Of a DNA stretch of 32,496 nucleotides, positions 16,869-25,327 are shown one piece after another. The stretch is from a virus (Duplodnaviria > Caudoviricetes), in the IMG/VR virus record IMGVR_UViG_3300012940_000068, positions 1 through 32,496 of that record. The stretch is one strand, 5' to 3'. The notes below the pieces were generated by a model, which was given only the letters and a program-made list of their open reading frames with translations, had not been told where the DNA came from and made no database searches. The first letter of the stretch is position 1, and every line of letters begins with the position of its first letter. Made by a program: the position numbers and the translations under genes.

Positions 16869-17698
16869 CGCTCCTCAACACGACCGCGATCGCTAACTTC
16901 AGCCTGCTCACAAGCGGCCAGACCTTCACCCGTACTGCTTCGTCGATTGCGGGTACTGCAATTGCCTGGGATCCAAACTTCACCGACAACGGCGATGGGT
17001 CCTATACCGCAACGTACCTCGTCAACCAGCTTGGGATTTGGCAGTGGGGCGGGGAATCGACCGACGGCACGGTCGTGTCAATCGAGTGGGATGTCACGTC
17101 CGTCAACACGAACTACACGACCCTGAACGACCTCAAGGCGAGGCTCAACCGCGGGGATATCACCGTCACGAACGACGACGCCCGTCTTGAGGCTATCATC
17201 GCGGCTGCCTCGCGCGAAATCGACGGAATGACCAACCGGGTCTTTTACCAACTGCCCAATGAAACTCGGTACTTCACCGCCGACTGTGGCGACTGGCTCG
17301 CGATCGATGATCTCGTCAGCGTGACCAGTATCGCGACCGACGATGGCAGCCGCACCTACGGCACGACGTGGCAGGTGACAGACTACGATCTGGAGCCGTA
17401 TAACGCGGCGTCGAAGCAGTTCCCATACACTAACTTGCACATCGCACCGAATGGACACAATGCATTCCCGCGCACCCGGCGTGGCGTGCGCATTACCGGC
17501 ACCTGGGGCTGGCCCGCCATCCCGTCAGCGGTCACGGAAGCGTGCCTCTTGATCGCGCAGCGGCTTGCCACGCGAAGCAAAGCTCCGTTCGGGGTTGCGG
17601 GCGCGCAGGACGGCACGGCAGTCTATCTCCCGCGTACCGATCCGGATGCACGGGCACTCCTTGAACCGTATCGCCGGTTCGCGGTCGGCGTGATCTAG
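16865..17698 (+). CDS. Head-tail connector (gp6/gp15-like) with an N-terminal Ig-like extension
   Basis: YTTLNDLKARL..DDARLEAIIAAASREIDGMTNRVF..WGWPAIPSAVTEACL..LLEPYRR; N-terminal TDNGDGSYTATY motif. Confidence 0.82.
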   Translation: MTLLNTTAIANFSLLTSGQTFTRTASSIAGTAIAWDPNFTDNGDGSYTATYLVNQLGIWQWGGESTDGTVVSIEWDVTSVNTNYTTLNDLKARLNRGDITVTNDDARLEAIIAAASREIDGMTNRVFYQLPNETRYFTADCGDWLAIDDLVSVTSIATDDGSRTYGTTWQVTDYDLEPYNAASKQFPYTNLHIAPNGHNAFPRTRRGVRITGTWGWPAIPSAVTEACLLIAQRLATRSKAPFGVAGAQDGTAVYLPRTDPDARALLEPYRRFAVGVI

Positions 17699-17707
17699 GG
17701 CATCGGG

Positions 17708-17829
17708 TATACTGACCATAATCAAAGATGACCCACTGATCGCTGGGTAACTCAGGCGCACACACGCCGCGATCGCTTGTCAGAGGAGGCAGGCGATCGC
17801 GGCGTTTTTGTTTTGCGTGAGGACCGGCG
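17708..17829 (+). promoter_or_regulatory. Leader B: -10 box, hairpin P1 and attenuator upstream of the neck/tail operon
   Basis: TATACT 17708-17713; ACCCA-CTGATCGC-TGGGT 17731-17748; homologous to leader A. Confidence 0.75.
17764..17814 (+). terminator. Intrinsic terminator within leader B
   Basis: 18-bp stem (17764-17781/17788-17805), loop AGAGGA, followed by TTTTGTTTT. Confidence 0.87.
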
Positions 17830-18384
17830 ATGGCGCAGGTGGATGCGGAAATCAAGGGATTGGACGAGCTGATTCGCAAGCTCAGTCCTGACCTTGTCGC
17901 TGCTCCGGTTCGCCGGTTTATGGAGCGTTCCGCAATCCTGATCCAGGGCAAGGCGCGGCAAAACGTCAAGAGCGACACCGGTCGCCTCGCCAACTCCATT
18001 GCGTACGAAATCCATGGTGCCCACGTCCCGTTGTGGGCGACGGTCGGAACGAATCTCGACTATGCCGCTGCACGTGAGTTCCAACGCCCACCCGGCAAGA
18101 TGCCGCCGCCAGGCGCGCTGGTTCCGTGGATGAATCACGTGGGCATTCCGCTCTCCGAGTACCACGGTTCCACGGTTGGGCTCTCGCCGGATGCGCGCGT
18201 TGGGAATAGCGCTTATTCCCCAATCGAATACCTGATCGCCCGCAAGATCGGCCGCGAGGGATCACCCGGTCATCCCTATCTCCGCCCAGCGCTCAAGGAC
18301 TCCGAGGGGCAGATCACCGGGCGATTGCTCGAGACATGTGCTCGTGAGATCGAAGCCGCAGCGAGCCAGGGGGTGTCGGCGTAA
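17830..18384 (+). CDS. HK97 gp10-like neck/tail-completion protein
   Basis: EIKGLDELIRKL..DTGRLANSI..VGTNLDYAA..HPYLRPAL. Confidence 0.85.
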   Translation: MAQVDAEIKGLDELIRKLSPDLVAAPVRRFMERSAILIQGKARQNVKSDTGRLANSIAYEIHGAHVPLWATVGTNLDYAAAREFQRPPGKMPPPGALVPWMNHVGIPLSEYHGSTVGLSPDARVGNSAYSPIEYLIARKIGREGSPGHPYLRPALKDSEGQITGRLLETCAREIEAAASQGVSA

Positions 18385-18851
18385 TGGCGCTCGATGCGGT
18401 CATCACCACCATCCAGGACGTCGTGCGGCAGGTGCCGGGCATTGGAGCAAGCCCCGATAACCCACCGTCCCAGGAACTCCGTGACCCCGTACTGCTGGTC
18501 TACCCCGGTGACGCGACGAGCTGGCTGGGTACCTCCGTCGGCGCCGGTGGCGTGCCCAACCGCTGGGACTTCGAAACGATCATGATCGATGTCTTTGTCT
18601 ACGTCGCGGATGAACTGGAGATCGCGTTTCAGCGCATCCGTCCGTTTGCCGATCCGGTGCGGAAAGCACTGTTCGACGCGTTCGCCCGGGACAAGTTCGG
18701 CGGCACCGTTGCCGGACTCGGTGATGTCACTAATCGAAGCGCGATCCGGCCATACCGCCGCTCATCGATGTCGTTCATGGCAGGCGGCATCAACGTGCTC
18801 GGGTACCACCACGAGCTCGATGTGACGTACCAGGAGGTGATCAGCCGGTGA
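18384..18851 (+). CDS. Putative tail terminator protein
   Basis: Position between the neck and tail tube genes, size 155 aa, TAATG coupling. Confidence 0.6.
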   Translation: MALDAVITTIQDVVRQVPGIGASPDNPPSQELRDPVLLVYPGDATSWLGTSVGAGGVPNRWDFETIMIDVFVYVADELEIAFQRIRPFADPVRKALFDAFARDKFGGTVAGLGDVTNRSAIRPYRRSSMSFMAGGINVLGYHHELDVTYQEVISR

Positions 18852-19198
18852 CCGATCCCAAGCGCACGTGGCGCGGGCGCCAGCTCTACCAGTGCGACCA
18901 GTGCCCATACAACACGATCCACGAACGGCACTACCAGGAGCATCTACGACTCGACCATCCCGAACCGAAGCCGCACCCATTGCGGCCGGTAGCAGCCCAG
19001 GAGGACGAACCCAATGGCGCGAGTGACCCACACGGCGCAGAAGAAAGCGACCGCGAGCCCGCTGGACGGGGTAGTCCTGACGGAGACCGCGGCGGACGTG
19101 ACGAACAAGGAACAGGTGAAGTGGACGGGGAGAGAAATCATCGTCGCCCACAACACCGGCGCCAGCGCGCGAACGGTAACGATCACGAGCACGGCTGA
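18848..19198 (+). CDS. C2H2 zinc-finger protein; C-terminus overlaps the next gene by 185 nt
   Basis: YQCDQCPYNTIHERHYQEHLRLDH; CAGGAGG RBS; GTGA overlap. Confidence 0.6.
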   Translation: MTDPKRTWRGRQLYQCDQCPYNTIHERHYQEHLRLDHPEPKPHPLRPVAAQEDEPNGASDPHGAEESDREPAGRGSPDGDRGGRDEQGTGEVDGERNHRRPQHRRQRANGNDHEHG

Positions 19199-19358
19199 CA
19201 GTCTCGGGCGCACCGGGGACATCACCGCCGATTCCATTGCCGCCGGCGCGATTGCGTTCTACGGCCCGTTCAACGGCGAAGGCTGGAAGCAAGCTGACGG
19301 CTACATCTACTTCGAAGCCAACAACGCCGAGGTGAAGTTCGGCATCATCGGCTGGTAG
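19014..19358 (+). CDS. Hypothetical tail-region virion protein (114 aa)
   Basis: AGGAGG RBS; beta-rich; directly before the tail tube gene. Confidence 0.75.
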   Translation: MARVTHTAQKKATASPLDGVVLTETAADVTNKEQVKWTGREIIVAHNTGASARTVTITSTADSLGRTGDITADSIAAGAIAFYGPFNGEGWKQADGYIYFEANNAEVKFGIIGW

Positions 19359-19382
19359 GCCAGCCAGGAGGAGACCAGCGCA

Positions 19383-19823
19383 ATGTCGCTTTCAAGTGCC
19401 GTGAGTTCCTTCGGGACACTCTTGCAGATTGGAGATGGGGGCAGCCCATCGGAAACGTTTACGACAATCGCCGAGGTGCTGGACATCGACGGCCCGTCGT
19501 ACACCTCTGACACCGAGGAAGTCACCAGCCACAGCACTGTCGGCGGGTACAAGGAGTACATCCGCACCCTCAAGGACGGTGGCGATGTCACCTTCCCGAT
19601 GAACTTCTTTCAGGACCCGACCCAGACGGCCCTCTGGGACGCCTACGAGTCGGGCGAGCGAACCAACTTCAAAATCATCTACCCGCTGCCGGGTGTCGAT
19701 AACACCGTCACGTTCGCCGCGTTTGTCACCGATATCGGCGGAAGCGCGCCGGTGCAGGGCATCTTGCAGCGCAACGTCACGCTCAAGGTCACCGGACAGG
19801 CGACCTGGAGCGAAACCGCATAA
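19383..19823 (+). CDS. Major tail tube protein
   Basis: GTLLQIGDGG..FTTIAEVLDIDGP..EVTSH..YKEYIRTLKDGG..TLKVTG. Confidence 0.9.
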   Translation: MSLSSAVSSFGTLLQIGDGGSPSETFTTIAEVLDIDGPSYTSDTEEVTSHSTVGGYKEYIRTLKDGGDVTFPMNFFQDPTQTALWDAYESGERTNFKIIYPLPGVDNTVTFAAFVTDIGGSAPVQGILQRNVTLKVTGQATWSETA

Positions 19824-19828
19824 CGCTG

Positions 19829-19950
19829 GGCGTCCGCAATGTCCCGGTGCTCGGCAGCCTCCAGGCGCCGGGCATTGGGGCGCCATCTCGCACGGTGCGG
19901 GGTGGGATTGCCAACCATAGGAGGCTGACCACATGGAGGCTGCCGACATG
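19829..19950 (+). promoter_or_regulatory. Structured intergenic element with anti-RBS loop and tandem RBS/ATG
   Basis: Hairpin 19829-19884; loop 19851-19863 is the exact reverse complement of 19934-19946. Confidence 0.65.
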
Positions 19951-20430
19951 AGCGAATTTCCCGAACCATACGACCATGGCGCCCCGGCGGAGCCGGTTCC
20001 TGTGCCTGACCCCGAATCCGTGGACGCGCCGAAGCACTTTCTAAACATTGCCGAAATCTTCGCGACGCCGAAAGTCGTGACTGAGGACGTGTTCGTCCCG
20101 CAGTGGAATGGTTGGGTGCGGGTCAAGGGGTTGACGGCGGCCGAGCGCGACGCCTTCGAGGAATCACTGATCAAGCGCAAGGGCAAGAACCAGGAGATCA
20201 ACCGGCAGAACGTCCGGGCTCGCCTGATTGCCCGCACGGTGGTGAACCCCGAGACCGGCAAGCTGATGTTTCGCGACATGCACGCCGAGCAGCTCGGGCA
20301 GCTTCTTGCCGGGCCGATGGACCTGTTGTTCGACACGGCGCAGCGGCTTTCCGGGTTCCGGGATGAGGACATCGAAGACCTGGGAAAACCCTCAGAGGAG
20401 ACGAGCGACGGCGATTCCAGTTCCGGTTAG
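19933..20430 (+). CDS. Tail assembly chaperone (gpG-like); alternative start at 19948
   Basis: VFVPQWNGWVRVKGLTAAERDAFE; lies between tail tube and tape measure; ends near a slippery site. Confidence 0.85.
   Translation: MEAADMSEFPEPYDHGAPAEPVPVPDPESVDAPKHFLNIAEIFATPKVVTEDVFVPQWNGWVRVKGLTAAERDAFEESLIKRKGKNQEINRQNVRARLIARTVVNPETGKLMFRDMHAEQLGQLLAGPMDLLFDTAQRLSGFRDEDIEDLGKPSEETSDGDSSSG
20382..20388 (+). other. -1 programmed ribosomal frameshift site G-GGA-AAA
   Basis: X-XXY-YYZ heptamer in frame; the -1 frame is open through RRFQFRLALALGKTRWEL into ORF 20472-20816. Confidence 0.85.
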
Positions 20431-20816
20431 CGCTCGCACTCGGGAAAACCCGGTGGGAGCTGATCAACTCGATGTCGGCGCTCGAAGAGGCGGAATGGAT
20501 GGCGTACGCCCAGATCGAACCGTTCGGCGAGGAACGCAACGATCTGCGGGTCGCGATGATGGCGGCCGATATCGTCAACCACCTCAAGAGCATCGCTCAC
20601 ATGTGGGCCAAGAAGGGATCATCCAAACCGCAACCGGCCAAGATCGAGGACTTTATGCCGTTCAGCGGTAAGGACCGCGAGGTTGCGGTAACGCCGGTCG
20701 AGGAGCGCACGGAGGACGATGTCAAGCGGAACGCCGAGCGTCTGATGGCCAAGATGAAAGGTCTTGCGCCGTTTAGCGGCAAAGCGGAGCCGCGGGTGAT
20801 CCGCAAACGGAACTAA
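20382..20816 (+). CDS. Tail assembly chaperone gpT-like portion (made as a G-T fusion)
   Basis: RLALALGKT..EL..MS..E..EWMAY..EPFGEER.DLR.A pattern. Confidence 0.8.
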   Translation, partial: GKTLRGDERRRFQFRLALALGKTRWELINSMSALEEAEWMAYAQIEPFGEERNDLRVAMMAADIVNHLKSIAHMWAKKGSSKPQPAKIEDFMPFSGKDREVAVTPVEERTEDDVKRNAERLMAKMKGLAPFSGKAEPRVIRKRN

Positions 20817-20842
20817 CGACGAAACGGTAAGGCGGGGCTGAC

Positions 20843-23800
20843 ATGGCGACAATCGCAGATCTCGATGTCAGGCTCCGCCTCACCGATATGGTCTCGGACA
20901 AGCTCGAAGGGCTTGGCAAAAAGATCGGAGAGATCGGCAAGGGGCTCACGGCCGCCGTAACGACGCCGCTCCTCGGCGTCGGCGTCGGGATGGTGAAGCT
21001 CGCCTCCGATCTCAACGAGTCGACCAGTGCGGTCATGACGACCTTTGGCGATGGCGCCCAACAGGTCCTCGACTGGTCGAAAACCTCCGCCACGTCACTG
21101 GGGTTATCACGCAACGAGTACCTCAGCACCATGGCCGTCATGGGCACCTACGGCGATGCCCTGGGGTACAACGGCCAACAGACCGCCGAGTTCGGCAACG
21201 AGCTCATTGGAGCCGCCGCCGACTTAGGATCGTTCTACAACGCAGCGACGCCAGATGTCCTCGGCGCCATGCAAGCCGCGCTGCGCGGGGAATTTGATCC
21301 CCTGGAGCGGTTCGGCATCCGGCTCAACCAGGCCACGCTCGAGCAGTACGCCATGGAGCAGGGCATCTCCGACGGCAGCGCCGCGCTCACGGACCAGCAA
21401 AAGATTCTCGCGACCCAAAACTACATCCTGGATCATCTCGGGGCCGCCCAGGGCGATTTCGCGCGCACGAGCGGTGGGCTCGCGAACTCGATGAAGATCC
21501 TGAAGGCGACCCTCATGGACACCGGGGCCCAGCTCGGGCAGGTGCTCTTGCCCTACGTCTTGCAGGGCGTCCAGGCATTTCAATCGTTCCTCGGGCGCAT
21601 ACAGTCGCTCTCGCCGGGCATGCAAAAGCTGGTCGTGGTCTTCGGGTTGGCCGCCGCGGCGCTCGGGCCGTTGCTCATCGCCATCGGAGCGATGCTGCCG
21701 GCATTGTCGCTACTGCTCGGGCCCCTCGGGCTGGTGATTGCGGCGATCGGGTTGTTGAGCGCTGCGTACATCGGCAATTGGTTCGGGTTCGGGGATGCCG
21801 TCGATTGGGTCGCCGGAAAAGTCGCTAAGTTTGGCAAGCTCTTCTTCTCCATCTTTTCGGCCAATCGAAAGATCGGCAACAACGTCATTCTTTCGACGTT
21901 TGCCGCGCTCGGGGTCACCCTCAGCAAGCTCACCGGCATCAATCTCATGAAGTTCTTCGCTGTCCTCTACCGCGGCTTCATGCGCCCACTCAAGGCCGTC
22001 CAGAAGATCGGGGACGGCCTCCTTGATTTCAGTAAAGCCCTGTTTGACGGCGATTGGGACGGGGCGCTTGATGGAATTCGCAAGGCATTTGCCGGGGTCG
22101 GCGATCTCCTTACGTCGCTACCGAAACTGGCCGGCGAGATGCTCCGAAACATCTCCACGGGGTTCGCACCACTCGATTCGGTTATTCACCGATTTGGTGG
22201 CATCCTCGTTTCGCTCGGACGCCTCTTCCAGGAAATCTTCCAGGGCGATTTCGATGGCGCCCTGAAGGTCGCGCGGCACGTGATCGACCAGATCGGGGGG
22301 CTCTTCACCGCACTCGGCAAGCTCATCATGTCCACCTTCGACGCGATCCCCTGGGGGACGCTGTGGGACGGGCTCCTCAGCGCAGGGGAAGCGGCAATTT
22401 CTGCGCTTGGCGGACTGTTGGGCGACATTGCCGGTTGGGTGCTCAATATCGGAGCCCCAGCACTCGGCGGGTGGATTGTCGAGCAAGCGGGCAACCTGTG
22501 GGGATGGCTCAAAGATACGGCCGTCCCCGGGTTTTTCGATCTGGTTGGTGATATCGCGGCATGGACGCTCAACGTTGCGGCACCTGAGCTTGGCGGGTGG
22601 ATTGCTGGGCTTGTTGGGGGTATCTGGGGATGGATCAAGGGGCTGCTTGGTCTTGGGGAGGCCACGACTGGGGACGGGACTGGTGGCCCGGAAGCAGATA
22701 ACACGGTCACGCTGGGGAGTTGGATTCTCGATACGGGCATTCCAACGCTATTGGGCTGGATAAAAGACGTTGCCGGGGACATCTGGAGTGGATTGATCAA
22801 ACTCGCTAACTGGTCGGCCGATCGCACGTTCGAGTTCGGTATCTGGTTCCTTGAGGTCGGAGCGCCGACGATTCTCGGGTGGCTCGTCGACAATAAGGGC
22901 GGCATTTGGACAGCGATCAAGATTCTTGCCGGATGGCCAGTCTATGTTGCGATTTTCGAGACGCTTGAATGGACGCTCTTTGTTGGTGCCCCCGCGCTTA
23001 CGGGGTGGCTCATTGACCATCGCGGAGAAATATGGACGGCCATCAAAATTCTGGCTGGCTGGCCGGTTGTACTCGCTGTCTTCGAGAGCCTTTCGTGGAC
23101 CCTTTCCGTTGGGGCACCGGCGTTGGTCGGATGGCTTGTGGACCATAAGGGCGATATTTGGACTGCCGTGAAAATCTTGGCCGGATGGCCGGTTGTCCTA
23201 TCGCTCTACGAAACCATCTCATGGACTCTATCGGTTGGCACGCCTGCCGTCGTTGGATGGTTGGTCGATCATAAAGATGATATCTGGACGGCGATCAAGA
23301 TTTTGAGCGGGTGGGCTGCGATCGAATACCTTTGGGGGCTTGGCGGATGGACGCTAAATATTCCCACGCCTGATGTGATTGGGTGGATGAAAGCGTATGC
23401 GACCGATTTGTGGAACGCCATCAAGCGGCTCGTCCCCGGCTGGCCGGACTCGATCACTGGGAGCGTTGACATCTCACTCGATGGCATCTTCAGTGTGGCT
23501 GAAGGATTCCTTGATAAAGCGGCTGGAGCGATTGCCTCCGCTGCAGGGTGGGTTTGGAATGCAGGAAAGTTTACTTGGAATTTGATTGTTGATGTCACAA
23601 CGACTCTCAACAATACTGACAGTACGGGGAACACCAATGTTGGAACTGGAACGAACGGCAATGTCGGGACATCTGGTGCACTCATTAATGGCGGCTTGGG
23701 TATAGGCGGTGGCGCTGGCGCCGGAGGCATGCTCGATATCGGGAAGTTCATCGATACCTCCGGTGTAGAGGGGCTCCTGCGGGAGAGTGTCTCGAATGCG

Positions 23801-24592
23801 GCCAACACTATTCGGCACGACAAATCACTGGAAATCAAAGCATCAATCGGAGCTGATACTGAACCGATGGAAGATGCCCTTGGCATCGCGCTGAAGCTTG
23901 GTGTTGCATGGAATTCGGCGATATTTGATAAGGCGGTACTTGGCGCACAATATGAACTTGTCGACAAAGCATCACAGGTAAGTTGGATCCTTGGCAACGC
24001 GTGGAATAACGCGACATTCGACAGGACCGTATTTGGCGCGCAGTACGATCTTGTCGATCGAGCAAGTCAAGTCAGCTGGACACTCGGAAACGCGTGGGCT
24101 GCGAGTCGCCATGTGGGGACGTTTGATGCAACGTACACAGCGGTTGGAGCGGCATACTCGACCAGCTTCGTGATGGGGAATACATGGGCGGGGCAGGTAT
24201 TCACTGCTCGATTTTCGATCGATACTTCACCGCTTGACGCGGCTTATCAGCATGCTCTTGCGATCGCGCAAGCCGTCCGAGACATCATGCCGTCGTCGCC
24301 AGCGAAACGGGGTCCGTTGGCGTTTACTCCGTCTTTTGCTTGGATAGCGAACGCGCTTACTAACGATCTCTCCGGTATGCCAATGCAGACGGCGTCAGTC
24401 ATGGATCGCGTCGCCAGCGAGTTCAATCGACGAACACGCGCAATGAGCGCTGAACTCAATTCGGCTACCTATGGGGGTGCTGCGAGTGCGATGCAGTTTA
24501 CAAACTACGGTCCGCAGTATATCTCCGCCAGTGATCCACGGGAATATATCGAGGACTGGCGTCAACAGGCCGTAACTGGGGCGAGGCCTTGA
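20843..24592 (+). CDS. Tail tape measure protein (1249 aa)
   Basis: MATIADLDVRL start, hydrophobic central segment, Trp-periodic repeats, position after the chaperones. Confidence 0.93.
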   Translation: MATIADLDVRLRLTDMVSDKLEGLGKKIGEIGKGLTAAVTTPLLGVGVGMVKLASDLNESTSAVMTTFGDGAQQVLDWSKTSATSLGLSRNEYLSTMAVMGTYGDALGYNGQQTAEFGNELIGAAADLGSFYNAATPDVLGAMQAALRGEFDPLERFGIRLNQATLEQYAMEQGISDGSAALTDQQKILATQNYILDHLGAAQGDFARTSGGLANSMKILKATLMDTGAQLGQVLLPYVLQGVQAFQSFLGRIQSLSPGMQKLVVVFGLAAAALGPLLIAIGAMLPALSLLLGPLGLVIAAIGLLSAAYIGNWFGFGDAVDWVAGKVAKFGKLFFSIFSANRKIGNNVILSTFAALGVTLSKLTGINLMKFFAVLYRGFMRPLKAVQKIGDGLLDFSKALFDGDWDGALDGIRKAFAGVGDLLTSLPKLAGEMLRNISTGFAPLDSVIHRFGGILVSLGRLFQEIFQGDFDGALKVARHVIDQIGGLFTALGKLIMSTFDAIPWGTLWDGLLSAGEAAISALGGLLGDIAGWVLNIGAPALGGWIVEQAGNLWGWLKDTAVPGFFDLVGDIAAWTLNVAAPELGGWIAGLVGGIWGWIKGLLGLGEATTGDGTGGPEADNTVTLGSWILDTGIPTLLGWIKDVAGDIWSGLIKLANWSADRTFEFGIWFLEVGAPTILGWLVDNKGGIWTAIKILAGWPVYVAIFETLEWTLFVGAPALTGWLIDHRGEIWTAIKILAGWPVVLAVFESLSWTLSVGAPALVGWLVDHKGDIWTAVKILAGWPVVLSLYETISWTLSVGTPAVVGWLVDHKDDIWTAIKILSGWAAIEYLWGLGGWTLNIPTPDVIGWMKAYATDLWNAIKRLVPGWPDSITGSVDISLDGIFSVAEGFLDKAAGAIASAAGWVWNAGKFTWNLIVDVTTTLNNTDSTGNTNVGTGTNGNVGTSGALINGGLGIGGGAGAGGMLDIGKFIDTSGVEGLLRESVSNAANTIRHDKSLEIKASIGADTEPMEDALGIALKLGVAWNSAIFDKAVLGAQYELVDKASQVSWILGNAWNNATFDRTVFGAQYDLVDRASQVSWTLGNAWAASRHVGTFDATYTAVGAAYSTSFVMGNTWAGQVFTARFSIDTSPLDAAYQHALAIAQAVRDIMPSSPAKRGPLAFTPSFAWIANALTNDLSGMPMQTASVMDRVASEFNRRTRAMSAELNSATYGGAASAMQFTNYGPQYISASDPREYIEDWRQQAVTGARP

Positions 24593-25327
24593 TTATTCGC
24601 AGGTGTATCCACCACTCGCTCGCTCGGTGACAAGAAGGTTGTAGTGACTACCGAGAACATAGACCACAACTACATCGCGAACGAAGCCTCCAGGTTGCAC
24701 TGGAGTGGGATTGATCGGGTACTCCGACACAAAATTAACGTAGCCAGCGTCGTCTCGAGAGATAGCAAAGAGGATTGGCTGTTCGCCTAATGACGTTCCC
24801 TTATTCCGTAGCACAATTGGTCCGCGGAGACGGTCATCGCCGATCATCATCAATTGAGAATCATCGAGTTCATACTGAACGGTCGCGAGATTGGATGGTG
24901 TTGTTCCGTGAGAGTCACACGATTCAATCGCAAGAATCGTGTACCCATCAATAAGGGCAATTTCAGTATCAGTCATGAATCCCGTAAAGACACCGCGTTC
25001 GCCGGGAGCAAGTTCTGGTTGAATAGTCCAAACATCCTGGCCGGCATAAATGTTCTTCTCCTTATCAGTGAATTGAATTCGTAGCGTCGGCATGGATATC
25101 GTGACGTTTGAGTCATTCCTGATTTCGCCGTAGAGATTCCATCCTCCGGGAGCATCGATAAATCGATAGTAGAGCAATGTAATTCCATATTTGAGTGGCT
25201 GCTCTTGAAACGATGCCGGAAAAGTCGGCGATGGCGTCGCCTCCTGCGCCATAACCGCGCTCGGCAGGAGGAACGTTGCCACGATCGCCAATACAAGGAT
25301 TCGGTGCATCATCCAGAACCGCGTCAT
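24593..25327 (-). CDS. Secreted protein with signal peptide and FxLYD-like domains
   Basis: ILVLAIVATFLLPSAVMA-QEATP signal; YGEIRNDS..LRIQFTDKE..LAPGERGVF; AGGAG RBS. Confidence 0.75.
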   Translation of the reverse strand: MTRFWMMHRILVLAIVATFLLPSAVMAQEATPSPTFPASFQEQPLKYGITLLYYRFIDAPGGWNLYGEIRNDSNVTISMPTLRIQFTDKEKNIYAGQDVWTIQPELAPGERGVFTGFMTDTEIALIDGYTILAIESCDSHGTTPSNLATVQYELDDSQLMMIGDDRLRGPIVLRNKGTSLGEQPILFAISRDDAGYVNFVSEYPINPTPVQPGGFVRDVVVVYVLGSHYNLLVTERASGGYTCE

